The notes under the pieces were generated by a model, which did no database searches, had not been told where the DNA came from, and saw nothing but the letters and a program-made list of their open reading frames with translations. The translations under genes and the position numbers were made by a program. From Eledone cirrhosa (taxonomy: Eukaryota), in assembly GCA_964016885.1 (NCBI GenBank), contig OZ024741.1, positions 324,012,001 through 324,076,000 on the forward strand: a stretch of DNA of 64,000 bases. The letters are read 5' to 3'. Below, piece by piece: positions 23,162-35,518 of this stretch (positions are counted from its first letter, which is position 1; each line of letters starts with the position of its first letter).

Positions 23162-23466
23162 GACGCACATGTGTGAAAAAGTACAAGTCTGCGGCGGAAA
23201 AGGTTCGTAACTTTAAGCTATTTTAAAATATCATTTTTTGTATTTTCTTGTCGATAACGAAGCATAAGGTACCTACCTTGGTTCCAAGGAGGGGGAAACC
23301 TCTCAATATTCGGGCTTTAAGCTCGAATATTCAGATTTATTTTTAAAAACTCAGAAAAATATGGCTTCTCGATAAAAAAAAAAAAAATATGGAAGTTTTC
23401 GATCTTGAAACAGTAAACAACGTACAGGTCAAAAGTTCAAAAACAGCCCCTGTAGATCTCACCACA

Positions 23467-23498
<32 letters not shown>

Positions 23499-26400
23499 AG
23501 ACATACCTGTCGTCCATCCCACTGAATATAAAAGCAAAACACAAAAGTTACCATCACAACCGATCCCTTCTGTGATAGTAACAGTATCATCTCAAAATGA
23601 CATCACCACGACCACGGCCACCGCCACAACCACCACTCCAACAACAACTTAGAACAATAACGACAATAACACCGACAGCCTCAATGTAAACACTGATGGC
23701 GGCAGCAACAGCAACAACAAACAAAACAACAACAACACCAACAACAAGAGCAAGAACGACAACACCAACAACAAGAGCAACAGAGGCGCCACCTTTGCAG
23801 CGGCAGCAGCGAAAACAAAGCACCTTTTCAATGTAGATATTAGCGATAAGGAACAACAGTTGGCCCAGGCGTGGAGATTAATTAAACGAGAGAAGTCCTG
23901 GGCAAACCTGACCATCCCGGACGGGGAAATAGCAGCCATGCAAAGGAGGATGGTGTCCTTTCGGTGTATTTCAGTGTAGACACGCAAAGTAGAACTCGCC
24001 AGCCAAGCAGAGGTCGAGACTGCTTTGAGGTTTATCGGAAGTGACATCGAGTACAAAGCAAGTGCCAAGCAGTTCGGTACCATATCGGTACTGTTCAAAA
24101 CCGAGGCCCTTGCTATTAAGCACTCTGTGACCCCCTGCAAAACGGAAGGCATTATCATGCACCCGTCCCATGTGGGAAAAAGGACAGTAAAGGTCCGCAT
24201 TCCCAGGATTCCACCATGAATGAACTTATCGTGGCTCCAGGGATGCGTAATTGAGGAGGAGACAGACACTACCCTCCTAGATATCAAAAGGACAGAGAGA
24301 GAAGACTGGTCCGGAATGGATTTGGAGATTCTTCTCCAAATGAAACCAAAGGACATCAACAACATCCCGAATTTTTCCCGCCTGCAGGACGGGACAACAA
24401 TCCAATATAAGCACTGAGGAAAGAAGGCCGCACTCCTTCGTCTGCGGGGAAGCAACGCATCTGCAAACCTTCTGCCCTCAGCTCAAAAATGCAGGGGGTC
24501 GCAAACCTCCTTTGTTGCCAACGCCAGTGTCAGCACGGAAAGCTGCACCAGCACCACCAAAAACAACACAAACAAAGACACGGGTAACCCCACCAACATC
24601 AAATACAGCCGGACCACCACCAACACCGAAACCAATCCAAGGGAAAAAAGAGGAAAGCTCTTCCACTCCGCATACCCCTCCAAATTATACACATAGACAA
24701 AACAATAAACGCACACACAGACACAGATACACTCATAGCAACAAACTTTTTGTCTTCCAGCAGTGAAGATGAAGGAAAACCCAAAAGTGCCAAAAAACAA
24801 AAGAGAAAACTCACAAAAAAAGTCCCGACAAAACACAAAAACATACACAACAAAACATACAGACACCACTAACGCAAACACTTCCCTAATAACATCAGCA
24901 CCAACATCAACATCAACACCAACCCCACAATCCCCGAAACGCAAACAGCCTAAACAAACACAAGAACAAATAAACACACAGACACCTGAAATTGCAGACA
25001 CCACACCTACAACAAACACAGACATGCTCGAAACAACACCACCAAAACCATCACCACTACAGTCACCAAAACGAAAAAAAATAAAACCACACCAACAAAA
25101 TATTAAAAACTTCGTGCTTGCCAGAAGGGCCAACGATAAACTGATGGCCCTTTTAGCACGAAGCGAGGACATTCAAACAGAGGCAGAGATCTTTGAAATG
25201 AGCATATTTTGCGTGCCAGAAGATTTGCTTCTGGTCCGAATGTCACTCGATTCCTTCAAAGAAACTCGGCAGAGCTTTCCTCAAGACGTGGGAACCCCGA
25301 ATGTGAAACCCACGTCGAGACTTTTAAAGGGGTTCCCAAAAGAAAGCCCATCAACCATGGAGGTCGAACCACCCGACCTTCACAAGACCCCGGGAGGTAA
25401 GTAAACCTTCCCTCTCTCTTTTAGCTTGCCAACATGGCCATTTTAAGAGTAGGAAGTTTAAATGTTCGCGGCCTGGGGTCACCAGGGAAGTAGGGTCACC
25501 TGCTCAACGACCTCAGGTCTCTGGAAATGGATGTGATTGCCGTCAGCGAGACCAGGATTTCCGACACGCGCGCACTAGCCCCCATTTTCGACGACTATCA
25601 GATCTTCGCATCTGTTAGTCGGCCGGGAATAGGAGGTGGGGTGGCAGTTCTGTTTAGGAAAGGCCTGGATCTCGAGGTAAGGTCGATCTTCCGGGACCCG
25701 GACGGTAAGTTGGTAGTCCTGGATGTGAGCAGTAGCGAAGGAGGTGCCTTTAGACTGCTGGCCGTCTATGCCTCTAATTGGACCGGACGAGCGGACTTCT
25801 TTAGGCGCCTGGAAACCTTTCTGAGTACGTCTCGCCCTTTACTGTTAGTGTGGGAATGGAACGGCATCTTAGACGCACGCTGGGATTGTGTGGGAGTAGC
25901 TGATAGGAGCGGATGGGGGTGGGGGCTGCAAAAGCCTCAAGCACCTAATCAACCAGTTCCAACTGTCTGACAGGTATCGACTAGATTTCCCCAATGCGCC
26001 AGTGTGGCGTGGACCAACCGCATAGGGTCATCTAGATCGTATATAGATAGGATATTCATTAGAAAAATAGATAGAAATAGTGTAGGCTGCCCACTTTTTA
26101 AAACGGTCGCCTATTCATATCACAAATTTGTGATCTGTATGGTCGACCTAGATAAGACGCGTAGGTTGGGACCGGGGTACTGGAAGCTGAACATGTCATT
26201 TCCGGCTCGTAAGGCTTACAGGGACCGAGACAACAATTTAGTTAAGCAAAAGTTGACAGGGGGAATCATCAACAACAGATGGTGGTGGTGGTGGTGGTGG
26301 TGGGGGCTCTCAAATTACAGATTAGAGTAACTTCGATAAAGTTCAGCAAATAACTAGCGTTAGAGAAAAATAGAAAGGAGGGTGAGCTGGTAGATAAGTT

Positions 26401-29130
26401 AGACGAGGCTATATGTAGTGGCATTGCAACTGACGAGCTAGCGGCGAGAATGGCATTGGACCATTTCTTTAATACAAAACACGAAGGATGCATTGTCAAA
26501 TCTAAGGCGCGTGCGCTGAGAAACGAGGGAACCAAAGCTGTTCGATGGGCCCACGTGGCGGAGGCGCACCGTGGTATTAAAACCACAATTCATGCTTTGT
26601 CGGACCGAGACGGACACGAGATAAGCGATTCCAAGCGGATGTGTGAGGCCTTTCGCCAGCACTTTGCTCGGTTATTCGGGGAGAGTGTCGTGTCAGAGAG
26701 AGTAGCAGACTTCAGTCCCTACCTTGACGGCTCGCCGTGCATCTTGTCGGTCGACGCTGAGCGCTGCGAAAGGCCGATAATTCAGCCGAAATTCAGGACG
26801 CCCTTGTCGGCTGCATGAGGCGCAAGTCACCTGGTTTGGATGGCCTGCCCTACGATCTTTACGTAAATATGCCAGACTTGTTCTCCGATCTCCTCGAAGC
26901 ACACTACTGCAACTGGCAGCAGAATGGGAGTATTCTCAGTTCTGGGAGCAGGGGAGTGGTGACGCTGATAAGGAAAGACGAGAACAAGAGGGATACATTA
27001 GACAACTTCAGGCCCATAACTGCTCAGCACAGAGTTTAAGATTTTGGCCAAGGTGTTAGCAAATAAAATGGCGCTTGTCGTCGACGATTTGGTTGGGGAG
27101 GCGCAAACTTTCACTATCCAAGCCATTCACGACAATCTCCACCTCATGCGATACATCATAGAGAGGTAGGGTGTAAACCTGGCTTCGGTGGGGCACTGAT
27201 CAATTTAGATCAATCGAAAGTATTCGATAGGGTCGACCATCGGTATCTGGAGGCTGTCCTCAAAGCCGCTGGCTTCGGCCCTGTCTTCAGAAGCTGGATC
27301 GCTGCAATGCACAGCGGCACATGCTCGGTGGTCAAGGTTAATGGCCACCTCTCGGAATCATTTCGGCTCTCCCGATCGGCCCGTCAAGGGTGCCCTCTCT
27401 CTTTCCTTCTGTACGGATTGACTCTCGAGCCTTTACTGCGGAAGCTGGAGCGGGTTGCAGGGCATCCCGCTCGAACCGGGTCGTGGAAGGGCTGTGTCGG
27501 CTTATGCGGACGACATCACCGTGATGGTGTCGAACACCTCAGAAACCGAGGTGGTCGGCATCTTATTGGAGAAAAATAAAAGGTTGACGGGAGCAAAACT
27601 TAACCCGGAAAAGTGGGTGGGCTTGCAATTTGGAACCCGGTGAGGCAAGTCCATGCCGGGCAACAGCTTCGTTGGGCGCTGGACGGATGGACCGATAAAG
27701 TTGCTCGGGGTTTGGTTCGGGCCAGACCTCCAGGTGGATAAAAATTGGGACGAGTTAACGAGCAGGGTAGCCAGTCTCACCCCAAAATGGGCTGCGAGGA
27801 AGCTATCACTGAAAGGTCACGCGGAGTTGGTGAATGCGTACATGGTGTCCGTCATCTACTACACCTGACCGTCGTGTCTTGCCCCGTCCGCGCCTCTTCA
27901 AGTTGGAACGGCTCCTCTTCAAATTCTTGTGGAGAGGACAAGTTCCGTTGGTGAGGTGGTCCATTTGCCGCTAGCACCCTCTACGCGGAGGGCTAGGCAT
28001 TGCTGTGGCTAATGATGCGCAGACATGCGCTGAGGTTGCAACATCTCCAGATATTCTGCCTCAACGGTGATCAGGTGTGGTCACCGTTTATCAGACGGGC
28101 CCTTCCGCAGCTCGTTTCTTTGAGTGAGCTGCAGTCCTGGGTGACTGGCTCCTGGAATGTTGCCAGAAACTCACTGCCCTCTACCAAACGGGCAGTGCGA
28201 TAGAAGATTAATGGTGGGCAAGTGCGATGACGCACTCGGAGAGGCTTTGGGCCTTGACAAATTTGAACTAACCAGTCTGTTCCGGAGGACTTTCGAGCCG
28301 GGGACGATGGACAATTTCCATAAATCCCTCGCTTGGCAGTGCTACCGGGGGGGGGGGGGCACTGCCGGTTCGGGATAAACTCTACAGGCACGGAAGTGCT
28401 ATCAGGCGGACCTGCCCAAGATGCGCACAGAGCGACGAAACCGTTCTGCACGCACTTGTCCAATGTTCGTGTATTACTGAATTGTGGAGTATGTCGAAGG
28501 GCTGTTGCCGCGTGTCGAACCGATCCGTCTATCGGCCGAGTCCATAGTGAAGATCGACCCGCCGCCTTCCTTTGGTCAGGAAGAGCAAGCAATTTTTCCT
28601 CTGTCTGGTGACAGTTGCGAAAGAGGTTATATGGTGGACCAGATTGAAAGGACTGAAGACAGACACTTTTCTCTTCGGCCAATCCCTCATCAACATCTTC
28701 AAGTTTCACCTGGAAAGGAAGGTGCGGGTGGAGAGAGAAGTGTCCCCCTCCCCACCAGTACATCTGCTAAAAGATGGATGAATGTGGCGAGAATGGTCCG
28801 TGTGAATGGACCTACTCTGACCATGCGCCTATAGGCTAGCTAATTTGAGGAGAGAGGTGCTCTCCCTGGGTGCCTAGAAGCGCAGGGTGGTTCAGGATTG
28901 GTGGGGTACCTGATTCACCCCTGGGTCTTCCACTCCCTATAGGGGAATTTACTTTGTTATATTTATACATAGTTTATTTTATATTTGTATATCTTCATTG
29001 TTAAATTAGACCTGCCATTGTGCACCTTTACTCCACCTTATTGTAAACCCCCACTGTCCCTGTCTTTGTATTGTCCCCTACATGTCGGCCCCTGTGGCCA
29101 ATAAATAAAATCATTATGATTATCATGATT
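23162..29130 (+). mobile_element. Older, related Tx1 family B, full length but decayed
   Basis: ORF1 remnant 23389-25404 with a degenerate knuckle (HSFVCGEATHLQTFC). ORF2 remnant starts at ATG 25434 (MAILRVGSLNVRGL) and runs to ~28834 with many stops and frameshifts. 3' end AATAAATAAAATC followed by degenerate ATT repeats. Confidence 0.9.
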
Positions 29131-29379
29131 TTCCTATCTAATGCGATGAATCAATAGACTTAAAGAGCGTCGATGAACATATCTTGTACTATTTTATTCG
29201 GTTCTTTATGTTCTGAGTTCAAATCAATCTAATCTAATCTAATCTGGCCGAGTTTACACGCGCAAATAAGAAAAAACCAGGGCCACCCATAGGAGCATTG
29301 GATTTGGTGTACTTCATATTTGTTTCGGTTGCTGAATACAATCAAGAGTCGCTGATTCTCCTGAAGGTCAATAGTTCTC

Positions 29380-29667
29380 TTCTAACTCGAGCGGGAGCGC
29401 CTTTCCATTGTCAATTTGCATTGATCATCTGCAAAGCCGCATTGTTCTCAGAACCACTACACCAGTCTTTTGATGAGTGCAGCTGGAACTACTGCCACCC
29501 ATTGATTTGGCAGGATCGTAACACATTTCTACAGCTGAGTAAACTGGAGCAACGTGAAATAAAGTGTCTTGCTCAAGGACACCCGGTCTACCCGGTCCAA
29601 GAATCAAAATCACAACCTTTCGATTGCAAGCTCAATGTTCCAAACACTAAGCCATGCGCCTTCACTT
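29380..29667 (-). mobile_element. tRNA-derived SINE (type 2); related fragments at ~29930-30075(-), ~31540-31690(-), ~36260-36560(+), ~44905-45190(+)
   Basis: Minus strand reads GAAGGCGCATGGCTTAGTG (A-box-like), a degenerate B box, then TGTCCTTGAGCAAGACACTTTATTTCACGTTGCTCC, a core shared among the copies. Confidence 0.7.
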
Positions 29668-30468
29668 AAATCAAGTAGAGATCAAATTTACTTATCACTG
29701 TCATAAAGTAAAATATAATCGATATAATTGACGTCAATTGTTTTTGGTCGAATTCCTAAATTTGAAACTATTATGGCTATAGAAATTCCCTCTCCGAGGC
29801 TCAAGCCCCGGTAAGGTGTTTTTGTGGAAGACCTGCAGTCGCTCATGCATACTAGTTTCCTCCCTCCACTCAACTGATATAGTTTAAGGAAGAGACAAAA
29901 GTCGATATAGCTTGGCACATGTGACATAGCAACTCATTTTACCAAGGTAGTGAACGGGAGCAACGTGAAATAAAATTTCTTGCTCAAGGACACAATGCAA
30001 ACCTTGGTCGGGCAATCGAACACATGACGATCATATTATGAATTCTACGCTATAACCACAAAATCACGTGTTTTACATGCACAAACACACACACACACAC
30101 ATACACAGACAGACACACACACATACATACACACATATACACACATTTTTACGGAATTTTAAGTAAATTCAGGATTTTAACCTCCTTCAACATTCCATTG
30201 ATAATTTTCAAGAATATTAATTGTGGAAACTCAGCAGGTGACATTGACGTTACTAGATTATTTTTGACTCTTTTAAGAGCATGTTATGTCAATTATAGAA
30301 ACTGTAGACATTAGATTATAATACAAAACATTAGATTTAATAAACCAGGTTATTGATGAATCGTAGCTTTTGTTGCTGGAATTAACATTTATTGTTGTTT
30401 GTTAAAGTCTTCACTATACTATGTACATACATACATACATACATACATACATACGTACATACATACAT

Positions 30469-30929
30469 GGTGGCTGCCAACTCGTTTTCGAGTACGGCCA
30501 CTACTTTATATCCGATGCGCTAAACAAGTGTGACTTTTAGTCCAGCAAGCGACGTGAGAACTCTGGTATAAACACTACACCTGTGACAATTATTGACACA
30601 TAGTGCTGGGCCGTTGGTACCATGAGACGACAAGTGTAGAGAGATCTCCAGATATAAAGCAATGCCTGTGCCTGCAGGACTAAAAACAAAACCTGTCAAA
30701 GGGCAAAGGAGCTCTTAAGAGTCAATGGCCATCCAAAATCACCGGGAGAGATGACCCCTTAGCCTTTGTCAAGGCAGAATTCTAGGAGAAGGAAAACTCT
30801 GATATAACACCTGCAACCCTGATGGTATCCAATGGTGTTGACTTGTTCTTCTTTTTGGTAAATATCATCTTGGGTTAAGAGAGTGGGACTGGCTTTGTGC
30901 AGTGCCTTTGCTCACTATAAAAGCTTCAC
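30469..30929 (-). mobile_element. RTE-derived non-autonomous short element in (TACA)n, with its 5' half inverted
   Basis: Homologous to 38884-39262. Carries the RTE 5'-type motif CTAGGAGAAGGAAAACTC; flanked by (TACA)n. Confidence 0.7.
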
Positions 30930-31004
30930 ATACATACATGCATACATATATACATACATACATACATATATACAAACATATATACATATTTACATACATA
31001 CATG

Positions 31005-31386
31005 ATGATGGCTGCCCCCTCGTTATCGAGTATGGTCATTGCACGATACACCATTATTAATAATTATTAATTAATTCTATCGTGCAATGCCTGTGCGTCA
31101 AGATATTTTTTTAAGTGAAGAAAGACTGTGCACTGAGCCAATCCCACTCTCTGAGCGACAATAGCTATAAGCCGAAAAGAAGAAAAGATCAACATCATCG
31201 GTAACTACTGAGCTGCAGCTTTTATATCGGAGTTATCCCAGTTTCCTGAGTTGCCTTCTCCTAGAAGAATGTCCTGACAAAGACTAGGGGTCCTTCACTG
31301 CCAGTGGTTTAACCGTGCGGTACATGTGTATATACATATTTACACACTTTCGGATGGCCGTTGACTCTTATGAGTTCTTCCACCCA
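31005..31386 (-). mobile_element. Related RTE-derived short element in (TACA)n
   Basis: Shares GGCAGCCA.C at the 3' end, plus GCAATGCCTGTGC, CTAGGAGAAGGCAACTC and AAGAGTCAACGGCCATCC, with the neighbouring copy. Confidence 0.65.
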
Positions 31387-31792
31387 TACATACATACACA
31401 CACCTATATATATGTGTGTGTGTGTCTCTCTGTGTTTGTTTCTGTGTGTGTGTCTCTGTGTTTGTTTCTGTGTGTGTGTATTAGAACTCAATCAGTTCCG
31501 ATGATGAATATTCCACTTGTTCGAACAAAGGAATAGGCTGGTGGTTAAATTACCATGCAAGTGGCTGAGCATTCTACAGATACGTGTACACTTCTCAGAG
31601 AGATTCAGAATGACTGTTTTGTTAGCCGAGGGTACTGAGGCAACGTAAAATTAAGTATCTTGCTCAAGGACACAAAATACCATAGAATCAAATTCACCAG
31701 ATTGAAGAAGCCATCCTTAAGTGGTTAGAAGTTCGACAAAAGCTTTAACTCAAATCGAATATTTACAACGCAACCATTATGGAACAATACAT

Positions 31793-31849
31793 TCTTCTTC
31801 TTCTTCTTCTTCTTCTTCTTCTTCTTCTTCTTCTTCTTCTTCTTCTTCT

Positions 31850-31896
<47 letters not shown>

Positions 31897-32011
31897 TTCT
31901 TCTTCTTCTTCTTCTTCTTCTTCTTCTTCTTCTTCTTCTTCTTCTTCTTCTTCTTCTTCTTCTTCTTCTTCTTCTTCTTCTTCTTCTTCTTCTTCTTCTT
32001 CTTCTTCTTCT
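31793..32011. repeat. (TTC)~72 microsatellite
   Basis: Direct read. Confidence 0.97.
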
Positions 32012-32334
32012 ACATAGGTTTTGTTGATTTTCATTTGTTTGCATGGCAATCCTTGTTAGAATTTCTATCACAAACTGTAAATAGGACATCGTACATTACC
32101 CTCAGAAGAGGCGAACTCCGTAATCCGTGGGTCGTCGACCCGAATATGCAATTTTAGACACATTGAGCCCCCCAAATTAAAAAAAGATTATGGCGGTGGT
32201 GCCCTCTCCCCACACGCAATCGAGTGCAAAAGTGTTTCGCACATGTGAGCCATTATTCTTGATTTCAGCAGGTGTCCGAAGAGCAACAACAACAATAGCA
32301 TCAACTTCATCATTGCGAAAGCTGTTAACACTGG

Positions 32335-32797
32335 GAAACTGAAATGCCTTCAAGCGCTCGCAGTCATCTGCAATCCGATAGATTGATCGATGGAAACTCC
32401 ACCGTGGCGTTCTATAGAGGGTTGTGCTGGCGGAAAAGCAATGGTTGTGTGGAGGATGCCACTTTTCTCTTCGGTCAAACCCCCGACAACCTTTTCAAGT
32501 TCCATTTTGGAAAGGAAAATGAACATGCAGAGGGAAGTGCTACCCCACTACATCTGTTAAAAGGTCGATGAACGTAGCAAGGATAGCCCGAATGAATTGA
32601 TCTACTTTGAACCTGCGTCTGTATGCTGGGCAGTTCATAAGGGAATTTTTATTGTTATTAATTTATTCATGTTTATTGTTATCCGTTTTAATTGGTTACA
32701 CATATGTTTTCTATTTTCTGTAAATTCCTACTGTCCTTGTCTTTTTTTGCCCTACATGTTACGGCCCTTGTGGACAATAAAGAACGAATTATTATTT
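32335..32797 (+). mobile_element. Internally deleted 3' fragment of a Tx1 element
   Basis: GNSTVAFYRGL and TFLFGQ..NLFKFH similarity to ORF2 C-terminus. 3' UTR CCCTTGTGGACAATAAAGAACGA followed by ATTATTATT. Confidence 0.75.
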
Positions 32798-33321
32798 TGA
32801 GGTATCCAAAGTTTACAATAATCATTACACTGAATAAATGAATCCTTATGATGTGAATTCTCAGAGACGACTTATACATTTGACAAATTAATGTCAGGTC
32901 AACTTTTATGATTACTGAAAATTAAAGCAATTAACTTAAAATGACTTTCAGTAAATTCGAGATAATGTCTAAAAAGCAAATCATTAGTTGTGAATATTTT
33001 CGCTCAATGAATTATTGATTTCAAAACACTAATTATCTAATGTACATTTTGCTAAGGTAAAACAATTGAAAATATTGGAAGTTTTGTATATAGATAGATT
33101 TCTAATGTTTTTACTGTTGTTATTTGCTATTCCTTGAGCAAATTATTGTGTAAAATTGAAAGTTAATTTAGTATTATTCCTATTCAAAATATTTTCTAAT
33201 AAAAGAAATGCTTTGCGATATTTCTATGCGTATTCAAGATAATCAACGCATGAAACCAAGTAATTTTACGATTTCTATTTTACCGTATCTGAGAATTAAT
33301 ATCATCATTACTTACGTAATT

Positions 33322-33540
33322 AAGGCAATAGATTGGCAGTATCGGTAAAGTGTCAGACACCATGCTTTGCAGCACAGAGTTATGGCCCTTTACGTTTTGA
33401 GTTCATATTCCGCCGAGGTTAGCTTTGCCTTACAGGTTTGATAAAATAAAGCACCAGTAATGCACTAGAGTCGATTTAATCAACTTTCCCCTCCTCCAAA
33501 ATTGCTGGCCTTGTGCCTAAAGTAGAAACAATTATTATTT
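33322..33540 (+). mobile_element. tRNA-derived SINE (type 1); further copies at ~36577-36766, ~44674-44885, ~60401-60592, and fragments at ~29150-29255, ~51260-51330, ~58790-58860(-)
   Basis: TGGCAGTATCGG A box, GAGTTCAAATCC B box, body GATAAAATAAAGTACCAG, tail GGCCTTGTGCC.AAAGTAGAAACAAT. Confidence 0.8.
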
Positions 33541-33589
33541 ACGTAATTATCTAAGCTTTGAAAATATCCCTACATCTTTATGCCTGTCA

Positions 33590-35394
33590 CGTAGCATAGA
33601 CTTTACCGGGGATGCCTAATGCGGAGATCCGTTTATAATTGGAGCAATCTCCTTCGTCTCTCATTTGAAAATTGGGATTATTACCCCCGATTACCATTGC
33701 TTCGTTGCATTTCAAGAGATAGGCCAGCCAGCGCTCACAAGTCAACTAGTAAATATTTTCTTTATTTATGACTTTTAACATCTTGAGCCGAATTTCCTCC
33801 TCGACAGCTGCCTTGCCACATTTGTGCTCTTTCATTGCTCTTGTGATCTGAACATCCGAAAGATTAGTCATCACACCTCGTGTACTTCAGAAGATACTGT
33901 TGTGGCCAGGTCTAGGGGTGGTGGTGTCAGCATAGCATTTTCTCCACTTCATCTATATGATGATAGAACTCCACATGCGGTCCTGATAGCAAGTGTAGAG
34001 GAGGACTTCCTATTACGAACTCAGTAGATGGTCTGTCAGAACATTTTATTTGCTGATCTGAAGTCAGATTCCAGCGTCCTCTCATGTCTTAATTTGGACG
34101 TCTTTACTGTCTCTGCTTGCATCTGCAAGACGGAGGACTTATTTCCAAGCCAAAATTTGTAGGACTTCTTTTTACTCGGATGGCATCGTTGATCTCTTGA
34201 TTGAACTAAAAGGTTCTCTTGCCACCTGATGCCACAAGAAGCTATTTTCACACGCAGCATTCAACAGTTGAAGTAGAAAATGCCAGTTTAAACAGTCTTG
34301 CCTCAGTTTTAACTTTCTTAGTTTGCTGATGGTGTACTTTGAATTTGGATGCAATAGTATCCGCATACCTGCTCTTGATTTCCTTATCCGCTAAAGCTTC
34401 TTACATTATCCTGTAGATTGACCTGGACTTGGCAGTTCTGTGGGCTTTTTTGGCTTTAGGTAGCTTCATTTCGAAGGTTCTGTAGGAGTATGGGATCCAT
34501 AGACAGCTTCTTGTTGTCGTGATGTCTCTATATGGATGCCTTAGAATTTGTTCATAATCTTCATGAACTGGATGAACATGTGCAGCCGAGTTGGTATCAC
34601 GGCTGGCAGGTCTAAGATCAGTCGGCTGGAATTTGCAGACGAAATGGTATTATTTAACACGTTAGAAAGGGATCTCCAACATGAACTTGATAGGCTTGAT
34701 GTCGAGTGCTGCACAGCTGGAATGAAATTCAGTGCAGCGAAATCTAAGACACTCTTTCTCTCAAAGAATTCCGTGAAGATCTCTCTACATGTGAGCCTGC
34801 TTCCATTGAAGAATGTGCAGAAGTTGAAGTATCTCAGGGCATGTTGACGAGTGATAGAAGGCAGGAGGCTGAATTAAGTGCAAGAATTGCAGGAGCTGGT
34901 ACAGTAATGAGCCCGCTTCAGCATTCAGTAATCAGAAGAGAAGTAAGTGTAAAAGCCAAACTCGCTACCTTCAATTCGGTATTCGGTTCCAACCCTTACC
35001 TAGGGTCATGAATCTTGGGTAATGATCGAAAGAATACAATAGAAATGGGGTTCTTCCGAAGGGTCTTGGAGTTACGTTACTTGTTAGAATACGTAGCTTG
35101 GAGAACATGATAGTCACTCCAGGTAGAGCCGCTACTTCTCCGAATTGAGAGATCACATCTCAGATACTACGGACATGTGGTTAGAATGTCTCATGAAAGA
35201 ATCGTCGGACAGTTTTTACGGACAAATCCCATTTTGCAGGAAACCCAGGAGTAGACTCCGAGCAAGATGATTGGATAACATCCATGAGATCTACTGGTCT
35301 AGCTTTGGGATCCAGCCGGATCAATTACAGATGATTGCTTCTCACAGGGCCAACTGGTAGGAGTGTTTGATGACTCTTCCCCATGACTCTCCCA
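33590..35394. mobile_element. Decayed RTE-clade (Expander/Rex3-like) LINE; upstream part on - (~33590-34435), downstream RT on + (~34435-35394)
   Basis: Minus strand: QEINDAIRVKKKSYKFWL, ESDFRSANKMF*QTI, CSNYKRISALGIPGKVY. Plus strand: LEFADEMVLF, KLKYL, VPTLT*GHESWVM, LRYYGHVVRM. Ends in (GAA)n. Confidence 0.75.
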
Positions 35395-35518
35395 AGAAGA
35401 AGAAGAAGAAGAAGAAGAAGAAGAAGAAGAAGAAGAAGAAGAAGAAGAAGAAGAAGAAGAAGAAGAAGAAGAAGAAGAAGAAGAAGAAGAAGAAGAAGAA
35501 GAAGAAGAAGAAGAAGAA
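35395..35518. repeat. (GAA)~41, probable RTE tail
   Basis: Direct read. Confidence 0.95.

Noticed and set aside
31721-32089. Poly-S/E/R/L ORFs, and the many YI/HT/CV-repeat ORFs at 37-56 kb
   Set aside because: These are translations of microsatellites, not genes.
32225-32258. Minus-strand GCTCACATGTGCGAAA resembling the Tx1-B 5' start
   Set aside because: The match is too short to support a call.
33322-33420. tRNA genes
   Set aside because: The A and B boxes belong to SINE heads; no intact cloverleaf is present.
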